DNA of 64,000 nucleotides from Trueperaceae bacterium (GTDB taxonomy: Bacteria > Deinococcota > Deinococci > Deinococcales > Trueperaceae): positions 288,001 to 352,000 of the forward strand of contig OZ243927.1 of NCBI GenBank assembly GCA_965213925.1, given 5' to 3'. The position numbers were made by a program, and so were the translations under genes. The first letter of the stretch is position 1. Every line of letters begins with the position of its first letter. Below the pieces are notes generated by a model. That model did no database searches. It saw only the letters and a program-made list of their open reading frames with translations, and was not told where the DNA came from. Shown one piece after another: positions 32,918 through 41,911 of this stretch.

Positions 32918-34033
32918 ATGATCCTCATCATCGGCGCAGGACCCGCCGGGCTCGCCACCGCCTACTACCTCCAGCAGAGAGGTCTCCCCTTTCGCATCCT
33001 AGAGAAAGAGGCGGCGGGCGCGACCTGGCGTCACCACTACGACCATCTGCACCTGCACAGCTTAAAAGAGGTCTCGGCGCTGCCGGGGCTGCCGATGCCG
33101 GAGGACTATCCGCCCTTTCCTTCCGGGGAGCAGGTCGCGAAGTATTTGGCGGATTACGCGGCGCATTTTGACTTTCCGATCGAGCGCGGCGTCCGGGTAA
33201 TAGAGGCGCATTACGAGGATAGGTGGCAGCTCACCACAACAACAGGTCGTTTTGAGGCGGACGTGCTCGTCGCCGCGACGGGCATCTGGAGCACGCCGCA
33301 CCGTCCGCACTTTTCGGGTGAGGAGACGTTCACCGGGCGGATTCTCCACTCGAAGGACTACGAGCGCCCAGGTCCTTTCGGGGGACAGCGCGTGCTCGTC
33401 GTGGGCGTGGGTAACTCCGGCTCGGAGGTGGCGGTAGGGCTCGCGAAGCGGGGTGTAGAGACTGACATCGCCGTGCGGAGCGGCGTGCGCATGGTGCCCT
33501 ATCCACGTTCAGCGAAACTCATGAGGTCCATCGCTTGGCTGCTGCGGTATCTGCCCCGCAGTGTCGGTAACGCCCTTTTGACCCTCGTACAGCCCAACTT
33601 CCCAGAGGTCGGCTTACCTCTTCCTGATAAACCGGTGATAGACGTTTACCCGGTTGTCGGCTTTGGACTGGTCGAAGAGGTCAAGGCGGGGCGTATCCAG
33701 GTAAGACCAGGGCTCTCACACTTTTCGGAAGAGGGCGTCCACTTTGAGGACGGGCAGAGCGAGGCTTACGACACGGTGATTCTAGCGACGGGTTACAGAC
33801 CGAGTTTAGAGTTTTTGGAGCGTGAGGTCGAAACGGACGAGCGGGGTTTGCCGAGGCTGGAGGGAACGCGCTCCACCCACAACCCTACCCTCTTCTGTGT
33901 CGGCTACCACTACCCCACCAACGAAGCCTGGTTTCAAGCCTTGCCCCGCGTCGCGAAAGCGGCTGCTGAAGAGACCGCACAAGTGCACGCGCAAACTGCC
34001 GCAGCCGAGATGAGTGAACCCGTAAGCGCGTAG
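32918..34033 (+). CDS. Flavin-containing monooxygenase (FMO/CzcO-like)
   Basis: GAGPAG, F.G.ILHSKDY, VVGVGNSG, ATGY; ATG 32918 preferred. Confidence 0.88.
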   Translation: MILIIGAGPAGLATAYYLQQRGLPFRILEKEAAGATWRHHYDHLHLHSLKEVSALPGLPMPEDYPPFPSGEQVAKYLADYAAHFDFPIERGVRVIEAHYEDRWQLTTTTGRFEADVLVAATGIWSTPHRPHFSGEETFTGRILHSKDYERPGPFGGQRVLVVGVGNSGSEVAVGLAKRGVETDIAVRSGVRMVPYPRSAKLMRSIAWLLRYLPRSVGNALLTLVQPNFPEVGLPLPDKPVIDVYPVVGFGLVEEVKAGRIQVRPGLSHFSEEGVHFEDGQSEAYDTVILATGYRPSLEFLEREVETDERGLPRLEGTRSTHNPTLFCVGYHYPTNEAWFQALPRVAKAAAEETAQVHAQTAAAEMSEPVSA

Positions 34034-34078
34034 CCTGACGCTGGGTTTACCTCCCCTCCTCACGGTAGGCTCGGACAT

Positions 34079-34843
34079 ATGCTACTTGCGTTTGACTTAG
34101 ACAACACGATCATCACAGCCGATGACCGCTTGCCGGAAGAGATCGCTGACGCGATTCAGAAAGCTAAGGACCAGGGACATCAAATTTCCGTCTTGACTGG
34201 CAGACCGCACAGCTCCGCAATAGCGTTTATCGAACAGCTAGGCGTGAGCCACTACAGCGTGAATAACGGGGCCCTCGTCGTGGCCGGCGGCGAGGTTCTA
34301 AACAGCATCGTCATTCCGCGAGACGAGGTGCGCGCTCTCGCCAAGAGGTACGTGGGGGACGAAACGCTCGAGTACGCCTTTATGCTAGGCGACACTATCT
34401 ACGTCCGTGACCCCGGCGACAAACGCTGGCGCTGGGCGCACACCTCCAACCGCAACGTCGAACCCTTCGGGGCGCACGAGGTGAACGAGGCGGACAAAAT
34501 CGTCTTCGCGACAGACAGGCGCGGCGCGGCGATGTTAGAGGAGATTAGCGCGGCGCATCCCGAGCTTGTTCTGTACCTCTGGGGCGACGGCTTTTTAGAG
34601 GTCACGGGCGCGGGCGCGCATAAGGGAGCCGCACTTAAACGCCTCTCGGAAAGGCTGTGTATCGCGCAGAGCGAGACGGTGGCCTTCGGCGACGGCGTGA
34701 ACGACGTGACGATGCTCCAATGGGCGGGGCGCAGCGTCGCGGTAGGTCACGCCTACGACGAGGCGAAAAACGCCGCCGATGAGCACATCCCTTCGCCCGA
34801 AGAGGGCGGCGTGGCGCGGTGGATCGGGGACAACCTTCTCTAA
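34079..34843 (+). CDS. Cof-type HAD hydrolase
   Basis: FDLDNT, TGR, NGA, HKG, AFGDGVND. Confidence 0.9.
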   Translation: MLLAFDLDNTIITADDRLPEEIADAIQKAKDQGHQISVLTGRPHSSAIAFIEQLGVSHYSVNNGALVVAGGEVLNSIVIPRDEVRALAKRYVGDETLEYAFMLGDTIYVRDPGDKRWRWAHTSNRNVEPFGAHEVNEADKIVFATDRRGAAMLEEISAAHPELVLYLWGDGFLEVTGAGAHKGAALKRLSERLCIAQSETVAFGDGVNDVTMLQWAGRSVAVGHAYDEAKNAADEHIPSPEEGGVARWIGDNLL

Positions 34844-35010
34844 ACTCGCGCGAACAAACGTGTGGTACTGAAGTGTAACCCTGCTGAGTACGGCTACATC
34901 TATCTTGTCCCTTAATTCACTTGTTATTTTGACACTCTGCGTGCTAAGGTGCGAGGCGAAAAGCACAGTTTGAGGTAGTGACGCGGCAAGTTCACATAGA
35001 GGGGTATAGA

Positions 35011-35295
35011 ATGGACGCGCAGCAGGGATTTAGAGAAGACATCGTTACGGTGACCAAAGCGAAGCGTGCGCTCTCCACTCTGAGCGAATTTCTCCCCTCA
35101 TACCGCGATGTCTGCGGCAACGCACCCTACTACTACGCGGTCAGCGAAGTGCAGCGTTTAGAGAGTGAGATCGTTAGGGTTTCGAGTTCCGCTGAGGACC
35201 TCTTTCACCTGACTCAGAGCATCGTCTTACAAACCCACGGCTTAGCTCAGGCGATTCGCGCCGCCAAAGGGCGTGGCGTCGAGCCGGACGCTTAG
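35011..35295 (+). CDS. Hypothetical protein
   Basis: ORF with GAGGGG upstream of ATG 35011, filling an intergenic gap; no family recognised. Confidence 0.55.
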   Translation: MDAQQGFREDIVTVTKAKRALSTLSEFLPSYRDVCGNAPYYYAVSEVQRLESEIVRVSSSAEDLFHLTQSIVLQTHGLAQAIRAAKGRGVEPDA

Positions 35296-35416
35296 CAGCT
35301 TCACCAAACTGCCAAAGTACAAAGACTAAAGTATAAAGAGCTGAGCAAGCGTGTTTTCGTAGGCTAGGTCTTCACCAAGATAAAGTCTTTTCACCACAAC
35401 CTGTTAAACTCCTCTG

Positions 35417-36361
35417 GTGAGCGGCGATAAGAATTCCTCTTTCAATTCGGCTGGCAAGCGCGTCGTCAGCGTCTCGCTAGGTTCCTCGGCGCGTGACTTT
35501 GAGCGGTGTGTAACGCTACTCGGGCGAGAGGTAAGGCTCGAGCGTCGAGGTACAAATGGCGACTTGGAAGACGCCGCCGCCCTCATCCGCGAGCTAGACG
35601 GCGCAAAAAATAGAGAGGTGGACGCCATCGGTTTAGGCGGCATCGACCTCTACTTCTACATCGGTGAGCGGCGCTACACCTTGCGCGACGCGGCGCGCCT
35701 AGCGCGGGAAGCGAAGACGACGCCCGTGGTGGACGGCTCGGGGCTCAAGCGAAGCTTAGAGAAGCGCGTCGTGGAAGAGCTAGACGGTACCGTGAATTGG
35801 CGAGGCAAGCGCGTACTGATGGTTTCCGCACTAGACCGCTACGGCATGGCGTCGTCGCTGGAACGTTTAGGCGCGAAGGTGCTCTACGGCGACGCGATCT
35901 TCGGTCTCGGCTTGCCCGTTCCCGTGTACGGCAGCCGAACCTTTCGCACGGCGGCGAAGGCGCTTTTGCCGCTCGTTACCGAACTGCCTATCTCCTGGCT
36001 CTATCCAACGGGCAGTAAGCAAGACGCGGACGAAAAGAATACCTTTTCACGCTTTTATGCTTGGGCAGATGTCATCGCAGGCGACTGGCACTTCATCCGC
36101 CGCTACTTGCCGGAACGCGTAGACAGCAAAGTGTTTCTGACGAACACAACAACAGCAGGCAACGTCGAACTTTTACGTGAACGCGGCGCTTTGAGACTCA
36201 TCACGACGACGCCGAGGTTTGATGAACGCAGCGTCGCTACAAACGTGCTAGAAGCGGCGCTGGTCGCGCTTGCAGGCAAGTTCCCACTTAGCCACGCTGA
36301 ATATAATGCGCTCACCTCTCAGATGGACTTGAAAGTGGAGGTGCTCGAGCTAAATGGGTAA
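35417..36361 (+). CDS. Conserved protein often annotated quinate 5-dehydrogenase-like
   Basis: VVSVSLGS..RD, ERRGT.GD, DAIGLGG, DGSGLK, WLYPTG, TNT, TNV.EA. Confidence 0.7.
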   Translation: MSGDKNSSFNSAGKRVVSVSLGSSARDFERCVTLLGREVRLERRGTNGDLEDAAALIRELDGAKNREVDAIGLGGIDLYFYIGERRYTLRDAARLAREAKTTPVVDGSGLKRSLEKRVVEELDGTVNWRGKRVLMVSALDRYGMASSLERLGAKVLYGDAIFGLGLPVPVYGSRTFRTAAKALLPLVTELPISWLYPTGSKQDADEKNTFSRFYAWADVIAGDWHFIRRYLPERVDSKVFLTNTTTAGNVELLRERGALRLITTTPRFDERSVATNVLEAALVALAGKFPLSHAEYNALTSQMDLKVEVLELNG

Positions 36362-36485
36362 GATGTGTTCTTTTGGCTCATGCGATTTCCTCACCTTTAC
36401 CGCTCCGGTGTTACACTGTGCAGGATAAAAAGCGGGTACGGCGCACATCAACCCTATTGAAGCTTGAATACTAAGTTTGAATGGC

Positions 36486-36605
36486 GCAGGCATCATCCTA
36501 CGATGTGCGGGCTACACAATGTTTTTCACAGTGAGGGCGTTGCTTCGCAAAACTACGTACATTGTGACCAGCTCCGAACGGAGTGAGACAGAATTTGATA
36601 CCTGC
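36486..36605. repeat. MITE family A copy upstream of efp
   Basis: GCAGGCATCATC...TGACCAGCTCCGAACGGAGTGAGACAGAATTTGATACCTGC. Confidence 0.7.
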
Positions 36606-36621
36606 TTGCAACGGAGGCACC

Positions 36622-37179
36622 ATGATCAGCGTAACAGATTTACGAAACGGCACGAAAGTTGAAATGAGCGGCGGACTTTGGGAGTGCTTGGACTACCAGC
36701 ACCTCAAGATGGGGCGCGGCGGCGCGAAGGTCGTCACGAAGTTTCGCAATATGGAGACGGGCTCCATCATCGAAAAGACCTTTAACGCCACGGAAAAGCT
36801 CCAGGACATCTTCATCGACTACCGCAAGATGCAGTACCTCTATACCGACGGCGACATGTACACCTTTATGGACCTAGAGACGTACGAGCAACCCACGCTT
36901 TCCAAGGAGCAGTTGGGCGACAACGCGCAGTTTCTCAAAGAGACGATGGAGGTCACGGTGGACTACTTTCGGGACAAGCCGCTCAAGGTCACGCTGCCCA
37001 ACATCGTCGAGCTGACCATCACCGAAACGGACCCCGGTATGAAAGGAGACACGGTCTCGGGCGGCTCAAAGCCCGCCGTGCTGGAAACGGGCGCAACCGT
37101 GAACGTACCGCTCTTTATCGACCAGGGCGAAACGGTCCGGGTGGACACGCGCACGGGCGAGTATTTAGGACGCGCCTGA
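36622..37179 (+). CDS. efp: Elongation factor P
   Basis: HLKMGRGGA, QYLY, FMD.ETYEQ, PG.KGDT, VPLFI, VDTR.GEY..R; SD GGAGG. Confidence 0.97.
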   Translation: MISVTDLRNGTKVEMSGGLWECLDYQHLKMGRGGAKVVTKFRNMETGSIIEKTFNATEKLQDIFIDYRKMQYLYTDGDMYTFMDLETYEQPTLSKEQLGDNAQFLKETMEVTVDYFRDKPLKVTLPNIVELTITETDPGMKGDTVSGGSKPAVLETGATVNVPLFIDQGETVRVDTRTGEYLGRA

Positions 37180-37688
37180 TGGACGTTAAAGATTTGAAGA
37201 GGCTTTTAGAAGCGGTTAAAGAGGCGGACGTAGGGGAGCTTACGCTCGAGACCGGCGACTACAAGCTCAGCGTCAAGCGCGGCGGCGAGGTCGTCATGGC
37301 GCAGCCTGCGAGCGTCCCCGCGCCCCAAGCGCAACCTTCTCAGCCCCGAGCGCAGCCGCAGCAGAGCCCGCCGACTCAAGAACCGCAGGCACAGCAAGGC
37401 GAACAGACGCCCGCCGAGCCCGCGCTAGAGGCGGCGTCAAGCTCGAACCTAGATGAAATCACCGCGCCGATTGTCGGCACCTTCTACGCGGGTCCCTCGC
37501 CCGACGCGCCCGACTTCGTCAAGGTCGGCTCCAAGGTCGAGGCGGGCGCGGTCTTGTGCATCATCGAAGCGATGAAGCTGATGAACGAGATCGAGGCGGA
37601 GAACGCCGGGACGGTGAAAGAGATTCTCGTCGATAACGAGGAGCCGGTGGAGTATGGGCAGGTCTTGTTTCGGATTGAGCCGGGGTGA
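37179..37688 (+). CDS. accB: Acetyl-CoA carboxylase biotin carboxyl carrier protein
   Basis: AP+VGTFY, EAMKLMNEI. Confidence 0.96.
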   Translation: MDVKDLKRLLEAVKEADVGELTLETGDYKLSVKRGGEVVMAQPASVPAPQAQPSQPRAQPQQSPPTQEPQAQQGEQTPAEPALEAASSSNLDEITAPIVGTFYAGPSPDAPDFVKVGSKVEAGAVLCIIEAMKLMNEIEAENAGTVKEILVDNEEPVEYGQVLFRIEPG

Positions 37689-37777
37689 GAGGGTGAAAGG
37701 GCTAAAGAGCAAGAAGCAAGGAGCAAGAAGCAAGAAGCAGGGATTAGCCCTTCTAACTTCTTGCTCCTTGCTCCTCA

Positions 37778-37853
37778 GCAGGTATCATCTCACAACGTGC
37801 GAACGAAGGGGCGTCTACTCGAGTGGGAGCGTATCTGACCAGATGATACCTAC
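37778..37853. repeat. MITE family A copy between accB and accC
   Basis: GCAGGTATCATC...TGACCAGATGATACCTAC, ending 2 nt before the accC ATG. Confidence 0.7.
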
Positions 37854-37855
37854 TT

Positions 37856-39199
37856 ATGTTTAAGAAAATCCTCATCGCCAACCGGGGCGAAATCGCCTTG
37901 CGGGTGCTCCGCGCGGCTCGAGAACTCGGCATCGAGACGGTGATGGCGTATTCGACCGTGGATGAGAACTCGCTGCCTGTGCTTCTAGCGGACGAGTCCA
38001 TCTGCATCGGACCTGCGGCGTCGTCCGGCTCCTACCTCAACGTGCCTAACCTACTCTCGGCGGCGCTCGTGGCGGGCGTGGAGGCGATCCATCCGGGGTA
38101 CGGTTTCTTGTCCGAAAACGCCGAGTTCGCCCAGAAGTGCGAAGAGCACAACATCACCTTTATCGGACCGCGACCCGAGAGCATTCGCGTGATCGGGGAC
38201 AAAGCGAGCGCGCGCAAGTTGGCGCAAGAGTCGGGCGTGCCCGTGACGCCGGGCTCGGGTGCGCTCAAGGACCTCGAGGCGGCGCGCAAATTTGCCGAAG
38301 AGATCGACTATCCCGTTATCCTCAAAGCCTCGGCGGGCGGCGGCGGGCGCGGAATGCGCATCGTGCAGCACCCGGACGAATTGGGGCGGCAGCTCTCCAA
38401 CGCGCAAGAGGAGGCGAAAGCGGCCTTCGGCAATCCCGAAATGTACATGGAGAAATACTTGGAGGAACCCCGCCACGTCGAGATTCAGGTCTTCGGCGAC
38501 GGTGAGGGGAAGGTCATCCACTTTTTTGACCGCGACTGCTCGATTCAGCGGCGCTACCAAAAGGTCTTGGAGGAAGCGCCGAGTACCTTGGCGGAGGATT
38601 TAAGGCTCGAGATCGCCTCCTCCGCCGTGCGCTTGGCGCAGCACATCAACTACCGGGGCGCAGGCACGTGCGAGTTTTTGGTGGACAGAAACGGCAACTT
38701 CTACTTTTCCGAGATGAACACGCGCATCCAGGTCGAGCACCCTGCCACGGAGATGATTACACGCTTTGACCTCGTGCAAGAGCAGTTCCGCGTGGCGGCA
38801 GGTGAGGGTCTATCTCTAAACCAAGAGGACGTGCGCGTGGAGGGTCACGCCATCGAGGTGCGCATCAACGCCGAAGACCCCGACCACGACTTTCGCCCGT
38901 CCGCGGGAACCATTACCGACTTGCATTGGCCCGGCGGTCCCGGCATCCGCGTGGACTCGCACGTGTACGCGGGCTACCGGATTCCGCCTAACTACGACTC
39001 CTTGGTCGCCAAAATCATCGCCTGGGCTCCGAGCCGCGGGGAAGCTATCGCCCGCATGAAACGCGCCCTGCAGGAAACCGTCTTAGACGGCGTCAAAACG
39101 ACCATCCCCTTTCACCTCAAGGTGCTCGACAATGCCTTCTACCGGCGCGGCGCGATATACACTAACTTTATTCCGAGGAGGATGAGTGAGGGAAGCTGA
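37856..39199 (+). CDS. accC: Acetyl-CoA carboxylase biotin carboxylase
   Basis: ANRGEIA, HPGYGFLSEN, GGGGRGMR, EMNTRIQVEH, YDSL.AK. Confidence 0.97.
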   Translation: MFKKILIANRGEIALRVLRAARELGIETVMAYSTVDENSLPVLLADESICIGPAASSGSYLNVPNLLSAALVAGVEAIHPGYGFLSENAEFAQKCEEHNITFIGPRPESIRVIGDKASARKLAQESGVPVTPGSGALKDLEAARKFAEEIDYPVILKASAGGGGRGMRIVQHPDELGRQLSNAQEEAKAAFGNPEMYMEKYLEEPRHVEIQVFGDGEGKVIHFFDRDCSIQRRYQKVLEEAPSTLAEDLRLEIASSAVRLAQHINYRGAGTCEFLVDRNGNFYFSEMNTRIQVEHPATEMITRFDLVQEQFRVAAGEGLSLNQEDVRVEGHAIEVRINAEDPDHDFRPSAGTITDLHWPGGPGIRVDSHVYAGYRIPPNYDSLVAKIIAWAPSRGEAIARMKRALQETVLDGVKTTIPFHLKVLDNAFYRRGAIYTNFIPRRMSEGS

Positions 39200-39620
39200 C
39201 GAAAGAGCCACGAACGCATCACAGAGCGCAGGTGAGCGAAACACCGATGAGCAAGGACTCGCTAACCGAAACCCTAACCGATCAGGGCGAGACCTCGACA
39301 TCTCGCAAGACGTCCTCTACGGCATCGCGCAACTCGCTTTGGAGCAGGTGGAGGGGTTGACGCCTGCCGCGCCGCCCGTGCGCATGGGCGAAATCTTGAC
39401 GGGTCGCCGCGCGAAGGGCATCCGCATCGACCGCTCGGACGAAGCCGTGCGCGTCGCCCTCAACGTGCGCGTAACGTACGGCTTAGAGGTGCCCAAAGTC
39501 GCTAGACGAGCGCAGCGGGCGGTGCGCGAGTCAGTCGCGTCGATGACGGGCTTGAACGTCTCTTCGGTCGATGTAACCGTCGAAGCGATTGACCTGCCCG
39601 AAGAGGGTGCGCGTGGCTAG
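39186..39620 (+). CDS. Asp23/Gls24 family protein (YqhY-like)
   Basis: V.YG...P.VA...Q..V...V..MTGL.V..V.V motif; conserved position between accC and nusB. Confidence 0.88.
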   Translation: MREADERATNASQSAGERNTDEQGLANRNPNRSGRDLDISQDVLYGIAQLALEQVEGLTPAAPPVRMGEILTGRRAKGIRIDRSDEAVRVALNVRVTYGLEVPKVARRAQRAVRESVASMTGLNVSSVDVTVEAIDLPEEGARG

Positions 39621-40062
39621 GCGCAAAGCGCGCGAACTCGCCTTTCGTACACTTTTCCAAGCCGAACGGGGCGACGAGCCGCTCCTAGAGGTCTGGGCGG
39701 ACGTCCGCGAAGACTTAGCCGCGCAAGATGTGGAAGACGCTGAAGAGGCTTACGGGGATGTTTTGGATCAAGAGGGCATCCTCTTCGCTGAACGGTTGTT
39801 ACGAAACTTTGCCGCGAACCGCGAAGAGGTTGATGCGCGCTTAGAGGAGACGCTCGAAGGCTGGACCTTTACTCAGATGGCGCAGACCGACCTGACCGTT
39901 TTACGCCTCGCGCTGACCGAATTTCTGTACGAGGAAATCCCTAAAGAGGTCACCATCGAGGTGGCAGTGCGCATCGCCAAGCGCTTTGGCGGCGAGGAGT
40001 CGGGGCGGTTTGTAAACGGGGTCTTAGCGAAACTCTATCGGCAGCTAGAAGTCGCGACGTAG
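39613..40062 (+). CDS. nusB: Transcription antitermination factor NusB
   Basis: RRKARELAF, D..VLRLA, EAV-like IEVAVRIAKRF, FVNGVL; GTG at 39613. Confidence 0.93.
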   Translation: MARRKARELAFRTLFQAERGDEPLLEVWADVREDLAAQDVEDAEEAYGDVLDQEGILFAERLLRNFAANREEVDARLEETLEGWTFTQMAQTDLTVLRLALTEFLYEEIPKEVTIEVAVRIAKRFGGEESGRFVNGVLAKLYRQLEVAT

Positions 40063-40181
40063 AGAAGCCGTTCGCGGTTGACCTTTCACCGGGAGACAGA
40101 CGTTAGAGCTTATCTGAAATCCGACGGCTTAAATGCTCTAAGTACACCGTTAAGCAAGTTCTGTTACATAGCCTCTTACGT

Positions 40182-40316
40182 GTCACCCCGAGCTTGTCGA
40201 GGGGTCTCGTTTGGCTACGCCAAAAGCCAAAACTTTGTAACTTGCACTCTCCGACAGCGGATTCTTTCAGAAGGCAAGGGCAGAGATTCTTTCACTTCAC
40301 TACGTTCAGAATGACA
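40182..40316. repeat. REP-like elements
   Basis: GTCACCCCGAGCTTGTCGAGGGGTCTC at about 40182, and the reverse complement of TGTCATTCTGAACG..GAAGTGAAAGAATCTC at 40283-40316; a second copy of the latter at 47722-47760. Confidence 0.65.
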
Positions 40317-40447
40317 TGACTTGTTTTTTAGTTGACGCTGTACTAAGAAAGCGTCCGGGAAAGCGTCTCTATGCGAGGTCGGGTCTACGTACTCCCTCGT
40401 GTGACAATCCGCAAGCACGCAGAAGCTCACTACGCTAAACTGAACGC

Positions 40448-41317
40448 ATGGAAGCTACTCAAGGAACACGCACGTCAGCAACCCTACTCAACGGACGCGA
40501 GGTCTCCGACAGCGTTACGCAGTCCCTCAAAGAGACGCTGCAAACCTTGCCGTATCAGCCGCAACTCGTGGTGGTGCGCGTCGGCGAGGACCCCGCGAGC
40601 GTCTCGTACGTGCGCGGCAAAGACCGCACGGCAAAGAAGTTGGGGCTCTCCTCGAGGGTCGAGGTCTTACCCGAAGAGACGCCGCAAGATGAACTCATGG
40701 CTTTAATCGCCGAACTCAACGCCGACGAAGAGGTGGACGGCATCTTGGTCCAAGACCCCTTGCCCTCCCACTTGGACATCAAACCCGTGCAAGAAGCGAT
40801 TGACCCCGCGAAAGATGTAGACGGCTTTCACCCGGTCAACGTTGGGCGTCTGTGGAGCGGGCAAAAAGCGCTCGTTCCCTGTACGCCCGCTGGGATGATT
40901 CGCATTATGGACCACTACAACTTGCCCATCGAAGGCAAACACGCTGTCATCATCGGACGCTCGAACTTAGTCGGCAAGCCCGCCGCCGCGCTCTTTTTGC
41001 AGCGCCACGCGACGGTGAGTTTGGCGCACTCGAGAACGCAAGACCTACCCAGCCTGGTCAAACAAGCCGACATCGTCGTGGCGGCCGTCGGGCGACAAGC
41101 CCTCGTCACGCCCGAGATGGTCAAGCCCGGCGCGGTGGTGCTGGACGTAGGCATTACTAGGGTAGACGGCAAGCTTAGGGGCGACGTTCACCCCGATGTG
41201 GCCGACGTCGCGGGCTACCTCACGCCGATGCCCGGCGGCACCGGACCGATGACGGTGGCGATGCTCATGCAAAACACGTTTGACGCGGCGGCGACGCGAA
41301 GAGGGAACAAGCAGTAG
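40448..41317 (+). CDS. folD: Bifunctional methylene-THF dehydrogenase/cyclohydrolase
   Basis: VGEDPAS..YV..K, KDVDG, PCTP, GRSNLVGKP, TP.PGG.GPMT. Confidence 0.96.
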   Translation: MEATQGTRTSATLLNGREVSDSVTQSLKETLQTLPYQPQLVVVRVGEDPASVSYVRGKDRTAKKLGLSSRVEVLPEETPQDELMALIAELNADEEVDGILVQDPLPSHLDIKPVQEAIDPAKDVDGFHPVNVGRLWSGQKALVPCTPAGMIRIMDHYNLPIEGKHAVIIGRSNLVGKPAAALFLQRHATVSLAHSRTQDLPSLVKQADIVVAAVGRQALVTPEMVKPGAVVLDVGITRVDGKLRGDVHPDVADVAGYLTPMPGGTGPMTVAMLMQNTFDAAATRRGNKQ

Positions 41318-41445
41318 CCAGGTATCAGTAGTCAGAATTCAGCGTTGCCTTTGCGCTGACAACTGAATTCTGGCTACGGTCTACTGCTTTTTGCCTTACA
41401 AGATTGAATGAGGCGCAACCACGACTTCTGGGATAAAGTGAGGGC

Positions 41446-41889
41446 GTGCTCGAGCTTCTTAGCAACCACGTCCTCTGGGCGGCTGTCGCGGCGATGGGGG
41501 TCGCTCAAGCTTTCAAGGTCGTCCTTATCCTCTTGACCGAGCGACGCTTCGCGCCGGGGAGGTTGTTAGAAACCGGCGGGATGCCCTCCTCGCATTCCGC
41601 CGCTGTGAGCGCGCTCGCGACGGGGCTCGGCTTCTCCTACGGCTGGGACAGCCCACTTTTTGCGATTGCGGCGATTTTCGGCTCTGTCGTCATCTACGAC
41701 GCGACGGGCATCCGCCGCGCCGCCGGGATGCAGGCCGAACTCATCAACGACCTCATCCGCGAACTCTCGGACGTGTTCGACGAAGGCTTTCGACCGACGG
41801 CGCTTAAAACGCTCCTGGGTCATACCTATCCGCAGGTCGCGGTGGGCGCGCTGCTCGGTATCGCGACGGGCGCTCTCTCGTTTGTTTGA
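41446..41889 (+). CDS. Divergent PAP2 family protein (DUF212)
   Basis: GGMPSSHS, YDA.G+RR.AG, LLGHT..QV..G. Confidence 0.92.
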   Translation: MLELLSNHVLWAAVAAMGVAQAFKVVLILLTERRFAPGRLLETGGMPSSHSAAVSALATGLGFSYGWDSPLFAIAAIFGSVVIYDATGIRRAAGMQAELINDLIRELSDVFDEGFRPTALKTLLGHTYPQVAVGALLGIATGALSFV

Positions 41890-41911
41890 CGTTCGCGTGA
41901 GCGTTGGAACC

